Positions 29,391 to 40,077 of a stretch of DNA of 64,000 bases are shown in pieces. Each line of letters opens with the position of its first letter. Position 1 is the first letter of the stretch. The stretch is from the NCBI GenBank assembly GCA_046728175.1, contig JBKPEA010000005.1, positions 12,795 to 76,794 of the forward strand. Direction: 5' to 3'. The position numbers were made by a program, and so were the translations under genes. Under the pieces are notes generated by a model, which saw only the letters and a list, made by a program, of their open reading frames with translations, searched no databases and had not been told where the DNA came from. The DNA comes from Thermodesulfobacteriota bacterium. GTDB lineage: Bacteria; Desulfobacterota; Binatia; Binatales; Binataceae.

Positions 29391-30420
29391 TTACAACGTT
29401 GCCAGCGCTTCGGACGCCAACGCGCGCCTCATCTCACCCGCGCGGCGCGCGAGACGGGCGGCCTGGCCTGACCACATATTCATAAACGCGTTCGAGCCGG
29501 AAGGTTCGGATTTAGCCCTCAGCGGGACAACCGCGCTGCTCGCGAGTGGAAAATTCGGCAAAGCTGACGCAATCGGACCAACTTCCAGCATCAGCCGATT
29601 AACAATGCCCCGCGCCGGGCGGCCAGTGAACACGTTGGTGATCATCGTGTCGTCATCGGTAGCATGACTCAGTGCTTCGAGATGCAGTGGAGGCACCTCG
29701 GCCTCCGGACAGAATAAATATGCAGTACCGATCTGGACAGCAGATGCACCCAGTATGAGCGCCGCGACGATCCCCGCGAGCACCCGCTATTCCCCCGGCC
29801 GCGATGACCGGAACCCCGACTGCGTCTACGACTTGCGGCACTAGCGCGAAGGTTCCAACTTGCCGAGCCATGTCGTCGGTAAGAAAGTTCCCGCGATGGC
29901 CCCCCGCCTCGAACCCCATTGCGATGATCGCATCGCAGCCGTGAGATTCAAGCCACCGCGCTTCACGCACCGTCGTCGCCGAAGCTACCACGCGTGCCCT
30001 GGTCGCCTTGACGCGGTCAAGGAGATGCTTGGCGGGCAAGCCAAAATTGAAGCTGACAATTTGGGGTTTGAACTCCTCTATGAGGGCGCACGATTCGGCA
30101 TCGAAAGGTCTACGGGACGGAGCGGCTACCGGAGCTTCGGGATCCAGTCCAAGCTCGAGATAATAGGGCTTAAGCAACGCCCGCCATGCTAACTCGCGCT
30201 CTTGGTCTCGGATCGGAGGGGTGTGACAGAAGAAGTTGAGATTCAATCGGCCGCGACGTCGCCCGACGTATTGTCTCTGACGCGGTCCTGATCTCACCGC
30301 CACCGAGTTGTGCGCAGGGCAAAGAACCCAACCCGCCGGCCTCGCTAACTGCAATCGCGAGCGCAGCGGTTCCCGGACCGGCCATCGGCGCCTGGACGAT
30401 GGGAAACTAAATACCCGAAC
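29391..30420 (-). pseudogene. Nitronate monooxygenase (NMO/2-nitropropane dioxygenase family), frameshifted
   Basis: MAGPGTAALAIAVSEAGGLGSL N-terminus, GFEAGGHRG and VPVIAAGGIA core, ILGASAVQIGTAYL C-terminus lie in three different frames. Confidence 0.65.
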
Positions 30421-30470
30421 AGGTCGAGGATACGTTGATCGGGCCATGCTTTCATCGTGGTTTGGCTACC

Positions 30471-32561
30471 TTACATAAACTCACAGATATCCGCAGCGGT
30501 CTCGTCCGCGGCGTGTACCTCGCGCGAAATGTCCGGCTTCGAGAATCTGGACGACGGCGTTTGGAAGATCGCGTCCTCCGGCTCCGAGATTTCAAACGAC
30601 TGATCGTCTTTCTCCCCTAACGATAGACTTTCCTGTTGAGTTCCGCGAAGCGAGGCTCCCATGTGCTTGACCGCATCCTGGCAGGCGGCCAGGAACAGAC
30701 GCAGAAAGCGACACAGGATCTTGTGTTGCGGCAAAGCCATACCTGAAAGCACTCGATTGCAAATCCGGCGAGCGAGGCCACAGCGGCTGGATAGCCTGGC
30801 CGAGGGATTATTCGGTTCGCTGCATGTGGAAGTGATCAAGCTCTGTAAACCAGGTTGATGATTTAAGTTTGCGATCCGCTGGTTGGTGCATTCGATCTCC
30901 GGGCCTTCGGCCCCGCAGGAATACCGAAATTCCAGTTTGGCCTCAGAACCGTCGCGGTAGCCCTGTATCGTATGAAGCAAGAGTATTACTCGATGTTCTT
31001 TTTCATCGACGTGGTCAAACTTCCAATGGTCGAATTCGGAAATATTACCTGACCGCCGCTCTTCTTCCGTTACGTTTACGTATCCTTCGCTATCAGGCAC
31101 CAACTGAATGGTGCCGTCATTCTGGGCTTTCCAACAAAGTGTCAATGTGCTTGCCCAGAGAAGTCCCCAGCGGCACGGCGAGTATTCCAGTCGCCGTCCT
31201 GGACTAAACGATTTCCCCGTATTGCTGGAATGCCAGCATTCCACGAACCGCGCGAGTATAGCCTGCTGACTGATTTGTGCGGATGGAGATGGCGATGGAA
31301 GCGGGCTCGCCGAGTTTTCCAACGACTGCGTCGGCGGCAGAGAGGGTAGAGCAGCGGATACCAGCTTGTCAGTCGAGGCCGTTTTTGCAATCTCGGCCTG
31401 CGACGGTTGCGGCGTCGAATTGACCTTGCCAATCGCAATCCGTCGCCGCCACGCGGTCGAAGAAAACAGCAGCGTTGCACGAAGTGCGAGGACGAAAAAT
31501 GCAGCAAACGAGAGTGGTAACCACCCGAATCGGCTTTCCGTTCCTCCTCCTAGCAGCGTGCGGCAGTAGGGACAGGCTGTAGCGTCGGCCGGGATCGAAG
31601 GGAGGCAATTTCGACACAAGATCTCATGCACCGAGACCCTGCTGGAGGTATCCTGCACTGACACTGGGCGGCTCGCTCCCGCCGGCCCCCGCTGCAATAC
31701 CATCGTGGGAACATCTGACTGCGGTCCGGCAACAGTCGTGGCGTTTGGCAGACCCTGAGGTCCTCCCTCGATTAACCGCATCCGTCGCCTGAATTCGTGG
31801 GCACTGTGTATGCGCTGATTGACATCATTAGGCAAGCGATTCATCGACGAGTTCCGCGAGAGCGGGACTGATCTTGGGTGCTAGTTCACTCGTCGGCGGA
31901 AAGCTGAACGGTGGCGCGGCCGTTGGGTCGCGCCCGGTCAACAGATGATGCAACGTCGCACCGAGCGCGTAGAGGTGCGAGCGGGCCTCAACCTTTCCGA
32001 AATACTGTTCGGGCGGCGCGTAACCCTGGGTGCCGATCATCGTCGCGGTATTTTAGGCTGGAAGTGACACGAGATGCCGAAGTCCACCATCTTGACCCGA
32101 CCATTGGCTTTAACAATCACATTTGATGGCTTCAAATCGCGGTAGATGATCGGCGGCGTCAGACCGTGCAGGTACTCGAGTGCTTCGAGAACCTGTGTCG
32201 CGACGGCGATCACGAACGTTTCATCCAGCCTGCCGCCAGCCGCAGTCAGCTGCTCGTCGAGCGTCCGTCCTGGCACATATTGCATGACCAGGTAATGCCG
32301 GTTGTTCTCGCTGAAGCGGTCAAAGATTCGCGGGATAAATTCGCTTTCGAGTTCGGCCAAGAGGTCGGCTTCGCGTTCAAAGGCAGCAATCGCCGCCGCC
32401 TGGTCGGAGGGGCGGGTGAAGCTATCAATCATTTCTGCCAGTGCAGCCTGGCGCTTTAGATGCACGTCCTCGACCAGATAGGCGGGCTTCATTCCACCGC
32501 CGCCCAACTCGCGGACAACCCGATAGCGTTCGCCGATCACCGCGCCAGGGTTCAGCATCAA
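30471..32561 (-). pseudogene. Hanks-type Ser/Thr protein kinase with zinc ribbon, TM helix and Cys-rich extracytoplasmic domain; two frameshifts
   Basis: YRDLKPSNV and DFGIS motifs, then frame change in A4 run before IGTQGYAPPEQ, second change before NDVNQRIHSAHEFRRRM; downstream CRNC..CPYC ribbon and TM segment. Confidence 0.6.
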
Positions 32562-32917
32562 CTCTGGGTTTCCAAGCTTGAATAGCCGTTAACACAGGCC
32601 GACCGGTTGTTGCGACCCTCCCATCTTTGCGAGATTGATCTAGTTTATTGCACTTTAAGTGTAAGTAGATAGCGCCGCCTTGCTTGGTCCCTGGGGTTGG
32701 CCGGCTCGTTCCTCTCCTGCGCGTGCGGTCGACCTCGTGGACCTATTTCCATCAGGCTCCGGGTACGCGTGCGGCATCGACAACCAAACGAGGTGCAAGA
32801 ACAGGGGCCCCTTACGTCGTCAATCTTTTGGGCATTCAACTGCGAAACGCCAAAAGCACCGGTCAAAAATCCGCCCCCATCTAACCTCTATTCCAGCAAG
32901 AGACCGACACGCAGCTA

Positions 32918-32958
32918 GCACCCGAATCGGCGGGAGCCTTGCCCGCCGATCCGGGTGC
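32918..32958. other. Long GC hairpin (17-bp arms, one mismatch, 7-nt loop)
   Basis: GCACCCGAATCGGCGGG agccttg CCCGCCGATCCGGGTGC; intergenic, ~190 nt past the 3' end of the 33144-34622 gene. Confidence 0.4.
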
Positions 32959-33143
32959 TTGTGATCTGGTGCAGCGCTAAATACCGATTCAGGGCCAGCG
33001 CGCGTTAGCGCCAGCTGAGCAGGATTTGCTGCTGTTAGTTTCATACCATTTCGCATCCTGAGCCGTCGGCGTTTTTGCGGGACACGCGGAGGTGGGTGCG
33101 CTGAGCCAGAAGACCGACCACCTCGCGCGTGTTTGTCACGAGG

Positions 33144-34622
33144 TTAACGATCGTCGCTATCTTCGCCCTGCGAGGCGGGAACCGGGGGATTCACTGACAC
33201 CAGCGACCCCGACATTACCCAGGCCTTTTGACTAGGTGCAAACCGGGGGGCAAGCAATCCATCGTTTATTTCCCGCGTGATCGCAAAGCGATTGTACTGC
33301 GTAGAGGGAATGAACAGTCGTGAGTTGTCCGAGAATCCGTCCGAAGCGGTGTCGACATCGCCTTCCGCCGCCGAGACGACACCGTCGTGATTCGCATCAA
33401 CCCGTGCAACTTCTGCCGCGTATGCATCAAACAGGCGCGTGTCGAAGTCTGTCACACCGGGTTCGAACGACGCGCGACGCTCGTAGACGTCCAGGAAGAT
33501 CTCGTTGGCCAGACCGCTCGGAATGAACCGCTGGCGGAATTCGCGCTGCGAATCATCGTCGGCGTCGAACTTGTCGGGGTCGCGTGGTCCGGAGGCCTGC
33601 AACACGCCCTTGTTATTGGGATTGTCGCCGTAGGTAACCGGATCGTTCTTTATCCCGTTCGGTCCCGACCCAGGGACTATCGATTGTAGAGCCCCGACCT
33701 GACCTTTCTCGAATGTTCCCGGAATGCCGCCGGTAAATGGAAGCTCGTACAGTGGATGAATCCAGTTTGTGGTGTAGTTGAACTCCCAATAAGCGTGACC
33801 GTCGCTCTGCTGAAGGGTGTTCCAGGCGCCCATGCTCAATTGAATTGGGACCACGTTGGTCTGAGAGTCCGGAAAGTGATCGCTGGGCGATGGGAAGTGA
33901 GGTTTCTCGCCATCGGTAGTGAAGAAATTCTCCGGGGTTGCGTTGTTGTCGCTGAGAGCGGCCGCATCCGCAGGCAGAAGCGCGCCGAATTGAGCGTGAC
34001 CGTCGCGGCGGGGAGCGGGGTTGACCGGAGCTATTCTTAAGTCGTGAATCATCCAGCCTTCGTACCAGCCGCTCTCATTGTTAATCACGAACAAGTTCGA
34101 AATGTCGGTGAAGACATCGATGAATGCGCGCACGTTGTTCGGGTCTGTCGGCAACCCGGGCTTGGGCTCGAGGACGAGCCGCACCGATCCGATGGTGGGT
34201 AAGCCGCAGTCTGCACCGGTGGCCGTGAGCATCGCGGTATCGTTCACGCCGGGAATCAGGCTGGTGAATGGGTTTGGTTCAAAACCCGAAGTGTCCAGCA
34301 AGTAATACTGGAAAAGTTGGCTAGGCTTTGCCTTGAACGGAGGTGTGTCAGTGTGAGCTTCTGCGTATGCCTGAGTAGGCAGCTGACTGTGCGGTCGACT
34401 CGCCATCCGAGCTAGCTGTTCTTTAAGCGGTGCGGGCAGATCTACGATGTCCCCGCGATTTACGACCCTAGCGACATCGGCATTCGCCCGCGGGTTGGGA
34501 TGGCATGGCCGCGGAGGCTGCTCCCCGTAGGCCGAGCTCCAGGCCAGCGCTGTGATCACCGAAGCGCAGAGTGCGACCTTTCGGAACCAACCTTCCTCTG
34601 TGGACCAAAACGAGACACGCAT
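33144..34622 (-). CDS. Secreted hypothetical protein with a C-terminal EF-hand-like Ca-binding loop
   Basis: Signal peptide; DANHDGVVSAAE matches the DxDxDGxIxxxE EF-hand loop consensus; no family recognised. Confidence 0.45.
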   Translation of the reverse strand: MRVSFWSTEEGWFRKVALCASVITALAWSSAYGEQPPRPCHPNPRANADVARVVNRGDIVDLPAPLKEQLARMASRPHSQLPTQAYAEAHTDTPPFKAKPSQLFQYYLLDTSGFEPNPFTSLIPGVNDTAMLTATGADCGLPTIGSVRLVLEPKPGLPTDPNNVRAFIDVFTDISNLFVINNESGWYEGWMIHDLRIAPVNPAPRRDGHAQFGALLPADAAALSDNNATPENFFTTDGEKPHFPSPSDHFPDSQTNVVPIQLSMGAWNTLQQSDGHAYWEFNYTTNWIHPLYELPFTGGIPGTFEKGQVGALQSIVPGSGPNGIKNDPVTYGDNPNNKGVLQASGPRDPDKFDADDDSQREFRQRFIPSGLANEIFLDVYERRASFEPGVTDFDTRLFDAYAAEVARVDANHDGVVSAAEGDVDTASDGFSDNSRLFIPSTQYNRFAITREINDGLLAPRFAPSQKAWVMSGSLVSVNPPVPASQGEDSDDR

Positions 34623-35837
34623 GGTCTTGTTACCTCCTTGCACGATTGATTTGGTTGATGTGTGAAGGGAAATTTTCCCTTTTCGAGAAAAGACTGGCTT
34701 CCATTGTGAAGAGAGTCAAGAGACAAAGATCTCGCAGGGACCGGAGATCGCAAATTTTCAGGAACTGAGGGACAAGCAAGGCGCAGCTTCACAATCCAGG
34801 CTCACTCCCTTAAAACACTGTGTTAATCATTTGGTAGTTAGGAGTACCGGCGCGTTAATTAGGAAGCACTCGTTACAAAGGGCTGAAGCGACCTGGAAAA
34901 ACGACGAGGTGAGCTGGCTGCTCCTCCATCCGATGCAGCCACGTCGGAGGAGTCGCATATTGAGGGAACTCGTTTCGTTGGAAAGTAGTGAGAATCCTGG
35001 TGACCCAGATGATTGCGCAACCTCGGACTCCCGCCGACCGTCACTGCAACAGGCTTCTGGTCATGGATGATATCGAGGCCGCGCCCATAGGTAGCTGGTT
35101 CGATGGCGGAGCTGTTAGGCAGCTTCAGGCGACGACCGGCATTCCTTCATGCTGATGGGGCTCTACCCGATAATTCGTTTTTCAGGATTCTTATTGATCG
35201 TTTTCAAGATGAGGGGGTGGGTTAGCCTTTTTCTGCATGCACTGGATTGCTGGGGTAGTCGTCTTGATTTCGGACCCCGCTGCGATCTCCGGGGGGAAGC
35301 ATGATGCGCGAATCACTGAGTTGGTCATCTGCGGTTCAAAGAAAATATATTGACACCCGCAAGCTTCGGTCTCGGAAATCTTCCTGGCGCCTTCTGCTTG
35401 TTCAGCGGTAGACAGTTTCGACGAGACCGGCGCACCGGACCCCAGAGTTCCATGACGGCCCAGACGCAAGGGGAAGTCTCTTATATTGGCGCTGCTCGTC
35501 TCTAGCTCAGTTGATGTTTTCCAAATGGTACAGCGATATGATGTGCAACTTTCGTAGTATGACTCTGCCATGCCCACGCCAACCGACAAACAGCCAGGTT
35601 GTAAGGTGCAGGCAACGGCTTCATCGGGTTTTGCAGGAACCGCCGTCCGAAAAGGCATTCAGCCTCGTTGAGTCTTCGAGGATTTGCGGCTCAACGTGTG
35701 CAGGGAGGAACCATGCCGCTCGGTGGCCTAGGGAACTTAAGATTCGGTGTAGAGGCCTGTGGAAGGACAGTCGTTCTTGCAAATCGTGATCAAGCTCGCA
35801 CGAATCCTGACGGATCGAGTATGCGGTGGGCCCGCTT

Positions 35838-37649
35838 TTAAATCGGGGTTCCGAGTCTCTGCTTGCTCTCCGCCCGAACATCGGCGGCTTCCCTATCTCG
35901 TTGGCTGGCAGAAGGCCCAATTGCCAGCCGCCGTATGGCGCGACGCGCTTCGCGTCCATTCCTGAACACCTGCCAGCAACCCGCAGATAGAAACTCGGAC
36001 GAGCACGCGATCGCGGCGGGCCCGCCCGCAATGATCTTAAGGTGTGGTAAGTCTTTCTTGAGATCGCGGATCAGTGCCGTCACAGACGCTACACACTCTG
36101 CAACGGTGCACGTAAGACAGACAAGGTCAGGTGCGTATCTTCCCACAAATTCGCGCATTTCCTGCGCTGATTGCTTTTCGCTTACGAAGATTGCTACCCC
36201 ACCGTCCTGTCGTAACAACTCCAGCACCATCAGCAGCCCGAGATTGTGGACCTCAGCGGGAGCGCAAAGGCCCACAATTCGCCGGCGCGAAGAGGGCCGC
36301 GGCCGGTCGAAACGGTCTCCAAGATCCACAATCAGCCGACGAGTGATTTCGACTATAGTTTCCAGATTTCGCTCATTGATGTTCCCATGATCGAAATCAT
36401 CGCCCATCATCACGATCGCGGGAGTCATCAAATCGGAGAAGGTGGCGTCCAAACCATGTTCGTCGCAATATCGAATCGCGAGCGAATGTGCGCCGGAATG
36501 ATCTAATTCCAGCAACCGACGATAGTAGTCGTAACTCTCATTCGACGGTGTTTCGGCTCCCAGCAGGATTCCGAGAAAACCGAGCGGCGGCACATAGTCG
36601 CCCGCTACCTTAAGACACGCCGTGAGCGGGATAGCAATAAGAAGTCCTGGCACACCCCAGAGCCACGCCCAGTACGTCGTCGAGATCAGAAGTGCGGCAG
36701 GCGCAACACCAATTCCGCGCCCGATCACAAATGGTTCGATCAAATGGGCTGCGATCTGATCGAGCACCACGAAGGAAATGATCACCTCGATCGATCTGCT
36801 CCATCCGGGAAACACTGCAACAGCCACCATCGTCGGAAACAGCGCGGAGCCCAGCGCGCCTATATACGGAATGAACCGTAGCAGGAAGGCCAACATCCCC
36901 CACAATTCGGGATTGGGCAGCCCCAGCATCCACATGATCGCCGCTACGGCTAGTCCGTAACCCAAGTTGATCAAAGAAAAGAACAGCAGGTACCGCCCAA
37001 CCGCCTCTCCCGCGGATTCGAGAGCTTGCCTCGCTATCGTGATACCGCCACGCGCGGCCAATCGCACCATCCGGTCGCGCAAGTCCTTTCTTGCGTAAAG
37101 GAGAAAAAACAATAGCACGATGATCAGGGTGCCCTCCGCCGCGTCGCTCGCGATCGGCAGCGCCTGTTTTACAAGCTCGCCACTATTCGGCAATCCCGCG
37201 GTCGTTTGGCGGGCGGAGAACGAACGAGGAGCTTCCCATCGCAGCTGGTGCTGTACATTGGCGATCCCATCCTTCACTCTCTGCACCCAGTCCGGTGTAT
37301 TTTTCTCCACCGAAGCAATTTTGATCGCAATGTTGTCCGAGTAGTCAGCGACGCGCACGGCGACGGAAGTCAATTCGACGGTAAGGAAGTATACGATCAC
37401 GGCCAACGCCATGATCGTCATCAACACTATCGCCGCAGCGCTCAACGCTCGGCCTACGGGTTTTTCCAAACGCGTCGCGATAGGGCTGAAGATAACTGCG
37501 AGTACCATCGCGATCGCCAGCGGCAGCAGTAGATCTTTAGCCGCATATAGCACCGCGGTGGCGATGATCACGCCCAGAAGGACTCGAATTGCAGTAGACC
37601 GATCGTCGTCACTGCATTCTGAGTCATCGCTAAGTAATTGTCCGTTCAC
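35838..37649 (-). CDS. AI-2E family transporter (PerM/YdiK-like) fused to C-terminal cobalamin (B12)-binding domain
   Basis: Single 603-aa ORF; 8 TM AI-2E core (~aa 20-380) then a helical region and a Rossmann-like B12-binding fold IVGLCAPAEVHNLGLLMV...KIIAGGPA (ExHxxG variant of DxHxxG). Confidence 0.7.
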   Translation of the reverse strand: MNGQLLSDDSECSDDDRSTAIRVLLGVIIATAVLYAAKDLLLPLAIAMVLAVIFSPIATRLEKPVGRALSAAAIVLMTIMALAVIVYFLTVELTSVAVRVADYSDNIAIKIASVEKNTPDWVQRVKDGIANVQHQLRWEAPRSFSARQTTAGLPNSGELVKQALPIASDAAEGTLIIVLLFFLLYARKDLRDRMVRLAARGGITIARQALESAGEAVGRYLLFFSLINLGYGLAVAAIMWMLGLPNPELWGMLAFLLRFIPYIGALGSALFPTMVAVAVFPGWSRSIEVIISFVVLDQIAAHLIEPFVIGRGIGVAPAALLISTTYWAWLWGVPGLLIAIPLTACLKVAGDYVPPLGFLGILLGAETPSNESYDYYRRLLELDHSGAHSLAIRYCDEHGLDATFSDLMTPAIVMMGDDFDHGNINERNLETIVEITRRLIVDLGDRFDRPRPSSRRRIVGLCAPAEVHNLGLLMVLELLRQDGGVAIFVSEKQSAQEMREFVGRYAPDLVCLTCTVAECVASVTALIRDLKKDLPHLKIIAGGPAAIACSSEFLSAGCWQVFRNGREARRAIRRLAIGPSASQRDREAADVRAESKQRLGTPI

Positions 37650-37810
37650 CGAACATGAGATGACGACGTTACAAAATTAAGTTAGCATCGCCATTAAGAT
37701 CAGCCTGATTCGAATTCGGTCAATCCTGTTTCGGCTTCAGCAATGGCCAACCACACGCCGTTGCCATTACACCGCTCAGCTAACGTTACACTGGCATGGT
37801 CCGAGGAATC

Positions 37811-38017
37811 TTAGGATCGCCTTTTTTTGCGCGACGGCACCTTTGCACCGCTCCGACGCGCTTCTGACAAGCCGATCGCAATCGCCTGCTTTCTGCTTTT
37901 GACTTTCTTTCCCGAGCGCCCCGACCTCAGCGTTCCGTGTTTTCGTTCGTGCATCGCACGTTTGACTTTCTTCGATGCCTTGGGTCCATATTTCCGCCTC
38001 GAAGCTTTCCTGGCCAT
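37811..38017 (-). CDS. Small basic protein (hypothetical, stress-associated type)
   Basis: MARKASRRKYGPKASKKV...KHGTLRSGRSGKKVKSRKQAIAIGLSEARRSGAKVP; GGAGAA RBS. Confidence 0.45.
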   Translation of the reverse strand: MARKASRRKYGPKASKKVKRAMHERKHGTLRSGRSGKKVKSRKQAIAIGLSEARRSGAKVPSRKKRRS

Positions 38018-38078
38018 AGCCGATTCTCCTTTCTCGACCAACACCCAGCGCGTGTTAGACGGCTATTTTTCCACAATC

Positions 38079-38560
38079 GCAATCGCCCCATTTCGAGACG
38101 ACTGAATTGCTCCTGGGTCCATTGAAGATGCTCTTCTTCTTCCGGCTCCACTTCCGAGACGGCTGCGTTCAACACATCGAGAATCTTTGCATCATCGGTT
38201 TGACGGGCGATCTTACCGAGCAACTCCCAATCCGCGTGATCCTTAGTCTCGGCGAGTATGATGTTCTCGATTGCATTGATTTCGGCCGCCCCGCCTGTCA
38301 GCCCATTGGTCATCGTCTTGAGCAGAGCTTCAGCCTTCCTTACTTGGTCGCGATCTTTGCTCCCGAACTAATGTATTAGGATCCAGGCCGAGCTGCCGGA
38401 TGACTCGGGTCAGGATCGTTTCATGCTTTCGCGTCTCCCGAAACAGAGCGGAACCTCTTCTAGAGCAGCAATCACTATGCCATCTTGAGTCTATCACTAC
38501 TCTTTGGAAACGAACCGAACTTATTTGTGGAACCCATCTGCAGGCTTTCAAATGGAGCAT
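38079..38560 (-). pseudogene. DUF892/YciF-like ferritin-like protein, fragmented
   Basis: ETILTRVIRQLGLDPNTL in one frame and KDRDQVRKAEALLKTMTNGLTGGAAEINAIENIILAETKDHADWELL...EEEEHLQW in another. Confidence 0.35.
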
Positions 38561-38795
38561 CTACGCGCCGTTCCGATTGAAAACAGAAACTGTGAAACTC
38601 TCGCTCATTCCAAGACCGTCCTGGCGACCCGATCTTTGGCTACGGCAGGTCAGAACCCACTTAGACGAGACAAATCTGCGTGCGCGCCCTATTCACGCAG
38701 AAGCGTGCTGAATGAAAACCTTTCTCGTTTCAGGTTTTCGCACTCGGAGGAATTTCGTCTACAGTTGGCGCCGTGGACAACGTTGGCGCGGATTT

Positions 38796-39650
38796 CTACG
38801 ATGGGCGCGCTCGGCCCCGGGAACACCTCGAACGCGTCTGCCCGCCCCTCTCGCGCGAGGGCCCCCGACCGCGGTGGCCAGCTGCTTCCTCCCTATTCGA
38901 AGGCTTCGTGCCCCGCGAGGCCAGCGAATCCTTCAGCGCCTTCATCAGGTCGATCGTCTTAGCAGGTCTTCGCGCAGGCGCGATGGTCAATTCCTCGCCG
39001 GCTACTTTCTCCTTTGCCAGCTTCAGATCCTGCGATAGGTGTCCTCGAATTGCTCGGCCCCGAACTCCTCTTTTGAGAGACCCTCGATCAAACGTTCCGC
39101 AAGCTTTAGCTCCGAACTCTTCAGCGACCTCCTCGCACTCTGCACGATCTCCCTGCACGGCCGGATTTCGTCAGCGTAGTGCATCGTATGTGACATCAAG
39201 ACGTTTTCATAAGGACGAATTAGCGCGAGGTGCTCCTTGCCGCGCATTACCAATTTTGCTAGCGCCGCTCGCCGGCTCTTTGCATGGCAACCTTTAGCAG
39301 GTGGCAGGCTTTGGCACTGGAAGCACTGCATCCCAGGAGATAGGCAGAAACAAAGTACACCGGATCAACCGCCGCCATCGGAATGAACTGCAATATGTCG
39401 ATCTCGCTCCAGACTCGACCTTTTCAGCTCCTTTGTCGTAAAACTGACATACTCCCCCTTTCGAATCTGAAAGCCATGCACCAGTTCGCTGCGCTCGAGG
39501 GCTCCTTCTCCTTGATGCAATAGAGTTATTCGCATATCCGGCTCTTATCTTTCGCTTGGAGCAGGTCGGCGTACAGAGTTCGAGCGAGTCGCCGCAAATA
39601 GTTCGACCGGAATCGAGACGAGCCCAAGGAAGGCTACTTCGTGAGATCGC
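38796..39650 (-). pseudogene. ku: Ku (NHEJ DNA end-binding protein), multiply frameshifted
   Basis: MARKAIS then EVAFLGLVSIPVELFAATRS N-terminus, middle ERLIEGLSKEEFGAEQFEDTYRRI, C-terminal KTIDLMKALKDSLASRG; spread over three frames. Confidence 0.6.
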
Positions 39651-40077
39651 TTTACGCGCCATCCTGGGTCTCCTCTCTTACTGCCAAAAAACTCGCCAAC
39701 TTGGACCGTCTGATTTTTTAATACGTCTCGCCGATTCACCACTTGAGCAAGCTTTTGAAAAAGGTCATCGCATTAAGTCATGTTCGAGCCCGCGATAGCT
39801 TCCTTAGTCCGATATCAACGTCAACTTTTTTTGCACATGACAATTCGCGTTCCAGCGACCAACGCTGCGCTTAGAAACCAAATGACCAGGAACTCTTGCC
39901 ATCAGATTCGATGCGGCACAGTCGGAGTGGGCAGCTATCGGCAAAGGGAGGCTTTCAAACTTGCGCGGTATCTCGAAAGAGCCACGCTAGCCGGTTCGGC
40001 TAAATCCGAAACCGCTCCGCATACGTTTTCTTGAATTCCAACCCGTGGCCGGGCCGAGAGCGGTCGGGTGCGGCCCT

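Noticed and set aside
35191-36031. Two minus-strand ORFs (155 and 136 aa) downstream of the AI-2E/B12 gene
   Set aside because: No family signal and atypical composition. One overlaps the end of the AI-2E gene, and the region looks non-coding or degraded. Not called as genes.
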